A stretch of DNA of 64,000 nt from an uncultured Armatimonadia bacterium (GTDB lineage: Bacteria; Armatimonadota; Zipacnadia; Zipacnadales; FEN-943), in the NCBI GenBank assembly GCA_964608495.1, contig CAZSOQ010000001.1, positions 8,376-72,375 on the forward strand, in the 5' to 3' direction. Under the pieces are notes generated by a model. It saw nothing but the letters and a program-made list of their open reading frames with translations, was not told the origin of the DNA and ran no database searches. Positions 57,963-64,000 of this stretch are shown here, piece by piece (positions within the stretch are counted from its first letter, which is position 1; the number at the start of each line of letters is the position of its first letter). The position numbers were made by a program, and so were the translations under genes.

Positions 57963-60365
57963 TCACTCGTAGGTGAACCAGGCCGTGGCGCGGCAGTCCC
58001 GGTCAGCCCGGAGCCTGGCCCAGCAGGCGCTGTAGCCCTCCGGGAAGCAATGCCGCACGACCTGCTCCGGCGGCACGTTGAGCCGCGCATAGGTATGCCA
58101 CTGGCCGCCTGCCGTGATGTCCACCTCGACCGTGAAGGTCACGGGCTCCCCGGCGTCGTGGGACAGGTCGAGGGCCTTGTGGTCGAAGCCGGTCATGAGG
58201 TATGGATCGGAGGGATCGTCGGCGCACACAGGCGCGTCCTTCCACGGCCCGCCCTGTCCCCGCGGCTTGCCGAGCCTCCATAGATCGTCCACGGTGCCGA
58301 ACCACAGGCCCGTCTTGCCGTCCTCGGAGGGGAAGTAGTGGCCATCGCCGGCCGCGCCCGCGAGGTTGCCCGCCAGCACCAGCAGCCCGCGCCAGGAGCA
58401 GAAGTCCTTGATCCGCCGCCCGTGGGTGCAGACCGGCCTCATCGCCGCGACGCCCCCGGAGGACGGGCGTGGCAGCTCATAGATCGTGCCGTGGCAGTTG
58501 AGCAGCGCCCGCTCGGTGACCACCTCGCGGATTCCGCGAGGCCAGCCCTCCGGCCAGGGGGTGTCGTAGGCCGGGTCGGTTCTGGGCACGCGCCAGCGGC
58601 GGCCGTCGGCATCGAGGACGATAGCGGACGCCTCGTCCACCTCGAAGTCAGGCCCCATCACCCGCGCCCTCTCGGCGAGCTGCGCCGCCGCCTGCCGGTC
58701 GTGCACGGGTCGCAGCCTCATGTCGGGGCCGATCTCGTAGTAGCCCAGCGGCTCGCGGGCGCCCTTCGGCCCCACGCGCTCGGCGAGGAAGTGCAGCGTG
58801 CCCAGATCGCCGCCCCTGGGGCGCAGGACCCCCGTGGTCCTGGCCTGCTCGGCGCCCACGGGGGGCAGGCTTGCGAAGAGGGCCTGGCCCTCGGGAGGGT
58901 CCTGCCGCTCCGAGGGCAGGTAGTGGAAGTAGGCCGTGGCGCGGCAGTCGCGGCCGGCGCGCACCCGTACCCACTCCGCCGACAGGTCGGCCGGGAACAC
59001 GTGGTAGGCGTAGCCGCGGGCGGGCACCGTGACCGTCGCGTGCTCGCGCCAGACGCCGTCGCCGCGCTCGTCGAGCTCCGCCGTGAAGTCCACGGGCTGA
59101 TCGTCATCGTGAGCGAGGTGCAGGACACGCTTGTCGAAGCCGGCGAAGAGGAAGGGGTCGGAGGGCGCACCGGCCCGCACCGGATCGTCCACCCATGGCC
59201 CTCCCCAGCCGGAGGGTCGCCCGAGGCCGCGCAGGTCGTCGAGGCGGGCGAACCAGAGGTTCGACTGCGCCTGCCCGGCGAGGGGATTGTCGAAGAGGGA
59301 CGTGTCGTTGCAGGCGAGGACGAGGCGCCCGTGCCAGTCGCAGAAGTCCACGACCATCTTCAGGTAGGTCGAGAGCGGGCGCAGTCCGCCCGTGCGCGCG
59401 GCCGAGAAGCCGGGCGGGAAGTCGTAGAACATGCCGTGCATGGTCATCAGCAGGCGCCCGCCGGTGACCTCGCGGATCCGCGGCCATTCGGTGTGCCAGC
59501 CATGGCCGCCGTCGTAGGTGTGGCTGGCCCTGGGTAGCCGAAAGGTGTGCCATCGGCCGGCGTCGAGGACCTTCAGGATGACGGAGCGGTGGTCCCATCC
59601 TGTGGTCCAGAGGGGGCTCGCGTCGTCGGGCGCGCCCCAGAGGCCGCCCGGCCCGGTGACCTCGCAGAACTGCTTGCGCTCGATGAGCCGCCACTCGTGG
59701 CCGTCCCACTCGGCCAGGGCGCCCGTCTCGCCGTCGTAGCCATGGTCCTTCTGCCAGCGGTCGTACCAGCCCCACTCGCCGTTGTTGGCGACGACAACAC
59801 GGCCCTGGCTCGTGTAGCCGCCCTTGGCGTGGGAGCCGGGGATGGGGTGCTGACCGAAGAGCCGCGTCACCTGCAGCGTGCGCACGTCCACCTCGTACAT
59901 CTCGCCCTCCATCGCGAGGAAGTAGACGTGGCGCGCCGGGTCGGTCAGGTGGCGCATCGTGGCCGTCGGGCGGCCGGGCATGTCGGCGTAGGGCACGACG
60001 CGCACCCGCCCGTCGGCCGAGATGAAGTAGGGGCCGATGATGAGCTGGTTCGATTCCCGGTGGATGAGGCGATTGGCCGGCGTGCCGCCGATGCTCTCGG
60101 GCCGCGCGACGGCCCGCAGGTCCCCACTGATCTCGTACAGCTTGTCCGTGCTGCCCTCGGGCGCGTGGGGAGAGTAGGTGACGCACCAGAGCTTGCCGGC
60201 CCAGGGCACTACGGCCCCAAGGCCGCACTCGGGCGAGTCGTTGAAGAAGGCGAGGTGCGGATAGACGCCGCTGATGCAGGGCTGTCGGGGCTCGCCCTCG
60301 TCGCCTTCGGCCATCGCCAGCAGGCAGAGCAGGAGCAGGATTGCGGCCACGGTGGGCAGGAACAT
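57963..60365 (-). CDS. Secreted 800-aa protein of unknown function built from two tandem ~195-aa homologous modules
   Basis: Signal peptide MFLPTVAAILLLLCLLAMA. Residues ~289-482 and ~603-800 share strings: DFCDWHGRLVLACN vs DFCSWRGLLVLAGN; LWFARLDDLRGLGRPSGWGGPWVDDP vs LWFGTVDDLWRLGKPRGQGGPWKDAP; DCRATAYFHY vs DCRATAWFTY. Confidence 0.6.
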   Translation of the reverse strand: MFLPTVAAILLLLCLLAMAEGDEGEPRQPCISGVYPHLAFFNDSPECGLGAVVPWAGKLWCVTYSPHAPEGSTDKLYEISGDLRAVARPESIGGTPANRLIHRESNQLIIGPYFISADGRVRVVPYADMPGRPTATMRHLTDPARHVYFLAMEGEMYEVDVRTLQVTRLFGQHPIPGSHAKGGYTSQGRVVVANNGEWGWYDRWQKDHGYDGETGALAEWDGHEWRLIERKQFCEVTGPGGLWGAPDDASPLWTTGWDHRSVILKVLDAGRWHTFRLPRASHTYDGGHGWHTEWPRIREVTGGRLLMTMHGMFYDFPPGFSAARTGGLRPLSTYLKMVVDFCDWHGRLVLACNDTSLFDNPLAGQAQSNLWFARLDDLRGLGRPSGWGGPWVDDPVRAGAPSDPFLFAGFDKRVLHLAHDDDQPVDFTAELDERGDGVWREHATVTVPARGYAYHVFPADLSAEWVRVRAGRDCRATAYFHYLPSERQDPPEGQALFASLPPVGAEQARTTGVLRPRGGDLGTLHFLAERVGPKGAREPLGYYEIGPDMRLRPVHDRQAAAQLAERARVMGPDFEVDEASAIVLDADGRRWRVPRTDPAYDTPWPEGWPRGIREVVTERALLNCHGTIYELPRPSSGGVAAMRPVCTHGRRIKDFCSWRGLLVLAGNLAGAAGDGHYFPSEDGKTGLWFGTVDDLWRLGKPRGQGGPWKDAPVCADDPSDPYLMTGFDHKALDLSHDAGEPVTFTVEVDITAGGQWHTYARLNVPPEQVVRHCFPEGYSACWARLRADRDCRATAWFTYE

Positions 60366-60531
60366 GGCACGGCCTCCCTCGGCGCGGGCGCTCGGTCCGG
60401 GCGCGGCGCGGGGTCTCGCGCGAGAAGGGGACCTTCGCCCGCGTGCAGGCCGGTTCCTGCGCCACGTGGGCGCTCAAGACCATGCCCTAGGGCCGCCCGA
60501 CGGCCGGGCCGGGACGCGCCTGGGGACGCTG

Positions 60532-61932
60532 CTACCCCTTCGCCCCGCGGAGGATGCAGCCATCCTGCGTCCAGTGGTCGCGGTACCACGTGCACGGCTC
60601 GAAGGTGTCGTTCAGCTCCTCGCGGCGCCGCGCCAGCATCGCCCGCAGGCGCGCCAGCCGGTCCGCATGCTCCGGCTCGCCCGCCAGGTTCCTCATCTGG
60701 TAGGGGTCGCGAGCGTTGTCGAAGAGGTACTCGCTCCCGTCGGCGCGCATCACGGCGTAGGTGTACCGCTTGCGCCGAACGGCGCGCCACTCGAAGCCGT
60801 CCAGCCACTGGTAGGTGTGGCCCATGCCCTGGAGGAAGGCCGCGTCGGACTCCGGCCCGCGCCTGCCCAGGGCCAGGTGGCTGAGGTCCGCGCCCTCGAC
60901 CGAGCCGGGCACCGGCAGGCCCATCAGCCCCAGCAGCGTGGGCATCAGGTCCGGCGTGTTGATGCAGGCGTCCGACACCAGCCCCGCCGGTATGCGCCCC
61001 GGCCAGCGGACCAGCAGCGGCACGCGGCAGGCTTCCTCGTAGAAGATGCCCTTGGCGATGCGCCCGTGCGCGCCCGACATCTCGCCGTGGTCTGAAGTGA
61101 AGACCAGGATCGTGTCGGCACGCAGGCCCCCCTCGTCCAGCGCGCGCAGCAGCCGCCCCACGTTCCAGTCCAGGTTGGCCACCATCGCGTAGTACACCTG
61201 GCGGTATTGCTGGAAGTGCGGCCTGTACTCGGTCATCCACCACTGCCGCGTCATGCTCGGGTGCCAGTACTCGGCCGACCCCTCGGCGTAGTTCGGCGGG
61301 TCCGGGAAGGGCACGTCACGGAACAGGCGGTTGAACTCCTCCGGGCAGTTGTCCCACTCCCACGGATCGTGGGGCGTGCCGTAGGACAGGAAGAGCGCGA
61401 AGGGCCTGCTCCCGTCCCTGCCGTCGCGCAGCCACTCGATGGCCAGGTCGGTCTGGACGTCCGGCTCGAAGCCCTCGACGTCAACCCGGTCGAAGGTGTC
61501 GCGGTAGTAGAAGGCCTGGTAGTAGCGGTGGTTGGAGTTGTAGCAGGCCCAGTAGCCGTCGAAGCCCAGGCGATAGGGCCCCGGCGCGCAGAATTGCTCC
61601 TCCGGCGAGTAGTCGCGCCCGTAGAGGTGCCACTTGCCGATGTAGGCCGTGTCGTACCCGGCCGCGGTCAACTGGTGCCCGAAGGCGTCCGGGTCTGGGC
61701 GGGCGCGGAGCTCGTTGATCACCATGCCCGTGCTGCTGGAGTACTTGCCCGTCAGCAGGCTCGCCCGGTACGGCCCGCACAGCGGCGTCACGCTCACCGC
61801 CTGCGCGAAGTCCACCGACTCCACGGCGAGGTGATCGAGGTTCGGCGTGCGGGCCAACGGATCGCCCGCGTGCCCGCAGGCCTGGTACCGCAACTGGTCG
61901 GCGAGGATGTAGACGAGGTTGGGCTGTCGCAT
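60532..61932 (-). CDS. Arylsulfatase (formylglycine-dependent sulfatase)
   Basis: NLVYILADQLR N-terminal block. Canonical TPLCGPYRASLLTGKY (C-x-P-x-R) nucleophile motif. GGAGTGG RBS before the ATG at 61932. Confidence 0.8.
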   Translation of the reverse strand: MRQPNLVYILADQLRYQACGHAGDPLARTPNLDHLAVESVDFAQAVSVTPLCGPYRASLLTGKYSSSTGMVINELRARPDPDAFGHQLTAAGYDTAYIGKWHLYGRDYSPEEQFCAPGPYRLGFDGYWACYNSNHRYYQAFYYRDTFDRVDVEGFEPDVQTDLAIEWLRDGRDGSRPFALFLSYGTPHDPWEWDNCPEEFNRLFRDVPFPDPPNYAEGSAEYWHPSMTRQWWMTEYRPHFQQYRQVYYAMVANLDWNVGRLLRALDEGGLRADTILVFTSDHGEMSGAHGRIAKGIFYEEACRVPLLVRWPGRIPAGLVSDACINTPDLMPTLLGLMGLPVPGSVEGADLSHLALGRRGPESDAAFLQGMGHTYQWLDGFEWRAVRRKRYTYAVMRADGSEYLFDNARDPYQMRNLAGEPEHADRLARLRAMLARRREELNDTFEPCTWYRDHWTQDGCILRGAKG

Positions 61933-62158
61933 GATGGGCCACTCCGTCGCCGGGCGATTGTACCCGCGCGGCGCGGGCCCGTCGAGGCGAGGGGGCGGTG
62001 GCTGACGCCCGGCGCGACCCGGGCGCGCCCGATGCGACGCCCACGGCGGTTGTCCGTCGTGGCCCTGTTGCGGATAATGCCCGGCGGCACACCATGCCGA
62101 CGCAGGGGCGCGGACCGCCCCTGGTGCGGAGGCCCTGCGTCGCTGAGGAGCACTGCCG

Positions 62159-63739
62159 ATGGCCGCTGAGCTCACCACGCGGGCGCCCGTGCACGGTCTC
62201 AGGGGCGCGATTGCGACCTCGAACTACCTGGCCAGCGAGGCTGGGATGAAGGTCCTGCGGCAGGGCGGCAACTGCGTTGACGCCGCCGTCGCCGCGGCGG
62301 CCGTGCTCAACGTTGTCGAGCCCCACTGCTCTCACCTGGGCGGCGATGCCTTCATGCTCATTCACTGGGCGGGTGAGGGCAGCGTAGCGGCCATCAACTC
62401 CTCGGGCGCGGCGCCTGCCGGGCTCACGGCGGACGCCTTCGAGCGCACCATCCCGCCCAGTGGCTTCCTCTCGTCCACGGTTCCCGGCCAGGTGGCCGGC
62501 TGGGACGAAGCCCTCACGCGCTTCGGCACCCTGTCCCCGGCCCAGGTGCTCGAAGAGGCGCTGGTCTACGCCGACGAGGGATTCCCCGTATCGCGCGACC
62601 TGGCTGGCGGCCTGGCGGGCTCGGAGGCGCGGCTGCGGCAGTTCCCTTCGACCGCGGCCGTGCTGCTGCCCGGCGGCGAGGTGCCGCGTCGCGGCCAGGT
62701 CCTGCGCCAACCCGACCTGGCCGCCACTCTCCAGACCCTGGCCGACGAGGGCTTGCGGGCCTTCTACGAGGGCGAGATCGCCCGACGGATCGCGGACTTC
62801 TGGCAGGCTGGGGGCGGCGTTCTGGCCCTTGAGGACCTAGCCGCGCACCGCGCCCGGGTCCTCGTGCCCCTGCGCACGACCTACCGGGGCTACGTGGTCT
62901 ACGAACAGCCACCGGTGAGCCAGGGCCACATCCTCCTGCAGTCCCTCAGCATGGTGGAGGCCTTCGACCTGGCGGCGATGGGCCATCTCTCGCCCCAGGC
63001 CCTGCACGTCTGCATCGAGGCCGACAAGCTCGCTCACGCGGACAAAGACCGCTATACCACCGACCCGGACTGGGCCAGCTTCCCGGCGGGGCTTCTGTCG
63101 AAGACCTACGCGGCTGGCCGTGCGAGCCTCCTAGACCCCGAGCGGGCCGCCGAATTCCCGCCGCCCCATGGCGAACCGCCCGCGGCCCAGGACACGACCT
63201 ACCTGTGCTGCGTGGACAAAGAGGGCAACGCCATCAGCTACATCCAGAGCGTCTTCCACGGCTTTGGCTGCGGGGTCATCGCGGACGGGACGGGCGTGCT
63301 GCTCAACAACCGCGCCTGCGGCTTCTCCCTCGATCCGACCCACGTCAACTACCTCGAACCCGGCAAGAAGACCGTCCACACGCTCAACACGTACCTGGTC
63401 TTCCGCGGCGGTCGCCCGGTGGTCGCCGGGGGCACGCCCGGCGGTGACATCCAGGTCCAGACGAACCTGCAGGTGCTGACCAACCTGCTGGACTTCGGCC
63501 GCGACCCGCAGCAGGCGGTGGAGGACGCCCGATGGGCGCGGCACCAGGGACGCCACGTGACGCTGGAGGCTCGCGCGCCCCGCGAGACTGTCGAGGGGCT
63601 GGTCCAGCGCGGGCACGATGTTCAGACGATCCCGGCCTACTCGCAGGGCGGCCGAGCCCAGGTCATCACCATCGGCGACGAGGGCGTGCTGACGGCGGGC
63701 TCCGATCCGCGTTGCGACGGCTGCGCGCTGGCCTTCTAG
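62159..63739 (+). CDS. ggt: Gamma-glutamyltranspeptidase
   Basis: QDTTYLCCVDKEGNAIS matches the GGT autoprocessing Thr region TTHYSVVDKDGNAVA. GGT family blocks throughout. Confidence 0.8.
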   Translation: MAAELTTRAPVHGLRGAIATSNYLASEAGMKVLRQGGNCVDAAVAAAAVLNVVEPHCSHLGGDAFMLIHWAGEGSVAAINSSGAAPAGLTADAFERTIPPSGFLSSTVPGQVAGWDEALTRFGTLSPAQVLEEALVYADEGFPVSRDLAGGLAGSEARLRQFPSTAAVLLPGGEVPRRGQVLRQPDLAATLQTLADEGLRAFYEGEIARRIADFWQAGGGVLALEDLAAHRARVLVPLRTTYRGYVVYEQPPVSQGHILLQSLSMVEAFDLAAMGHLSPQALHVCIEADKLAHADKDRYTTDPDWASFPAGLLSKTYAAGRASLLDPERAAEFPPPHGEPPAAQDTTYLCCVDKEGNAISYIQSVFHGFGCGVIADGTGVLLNNRACGFSLDPTHVNYLEPGKKTVHTLNTYLVFRGGRPVVAGGTPGGDIQVQTNLQVLTNLLDFGRDPQQAVEDARWARHQGRHVTLEARAPRETVEGLVQRGHDVQTIPAYSQGGRAQVITIGDEGVLTAGSDPRCDGCALAF

Positions 63740-64000
63740 GCCAGGCCCGCGCGGAACCCGGCCCGGGGGCTATACGTTCACCCTTGCTGTCTGTCTTGAC
63801 CGGCGGCTCGGCTGCTCTGACCTGCAGCCAGTTGAGGCGACGCTTGTCCCGGAGGGACTGCTCTTGCTGCTCCCGACAACGGCCCAGGCCCTCCCGCCCG
63901 AGGAGACGGGCGCGGCGCACCCGCGCGCCTCGCTTCTGGAGCTGCTCGACCGGCCGGTTCTCATCCTCTTCGCGCTGGGCTGGCGGGCGGGCGTCGTCGT

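Noticed and set aside
1-64000. Searched intergenic regions for tRNA, rRNA, CRISPR arrays and IS/transposase or integrase genes
   Set aside because: No GTTCGA-type T-loop signatures, no spaced direct-repeat arrays other than the 24-25-bp two-to-three-copy tandems (which lack spacers), and no transposase or integrase-like ORFs.

Overview
This is a 64 kb stretch of a very high-GC (about 68-70%) bacterial genome; the phylum cannot be assigned from sequence alone. Ribosome-binding sites are GGAGG-like, coding density is roughly 90% with about 40 genes, and no rRNA, tRNA, CRISPR array or obvious mobile element is present. Most genes encode secreted carbohydrate-active enzymes: a GH2-type glycosidase with a LamG domain, a GH29 alpha-L-fucosidase, a GH84-like hexosaminidase, a BNR/sialidase-like protein, a DUF4838 (GH20-like) protein, a right-handed beta-helix protein, CBM4/9-like and discoidin modules, a dockerin-bearing protein, and two sulfatase-fold genes. 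Together this looks like a locus for degrading sulfated fucose- or hexosamine-rich glycans. A seven-gene minus-strand operon in the middle encodes a LivKHMGF-type ABC transporter followed by phenylacetate-CoA ligase (paaK). Other genes include an SLH-anchored FAD oxidoreductase, a radical-SAM SPL-family protein, TrmO/TsaA, a formate/nitrite transporter, a nitroreductase, a PfkB sugar kinase and gamma-glutamyltranspeptidase. The candidates for undescribed biology are: (a) two MtaA/UroD-family zinc-motif enzymes embedded beside glycosidases with no corrinoid partner gene, (b) an 800-aa secreted protein built from two near-identical ~195-aa modules of unknown fold, (c) a dockerin protein with a caspase-like His-Gly/Ala-Cys dyad, (d) a sulfatase-fold gene with Thr in place of the formylglycine cysteine, (e) a doubly repeated cysteine-rich miniprotein behind a 25-bp tandem palindromic DNA array, and (f) several palindrome or tandem-repeat clusters in intergenic regions. 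Start codons were refined by hand from signal peptides and RBS context. Because the GC content suppresses stop codons, long antisense ORFs are common and were rejected.
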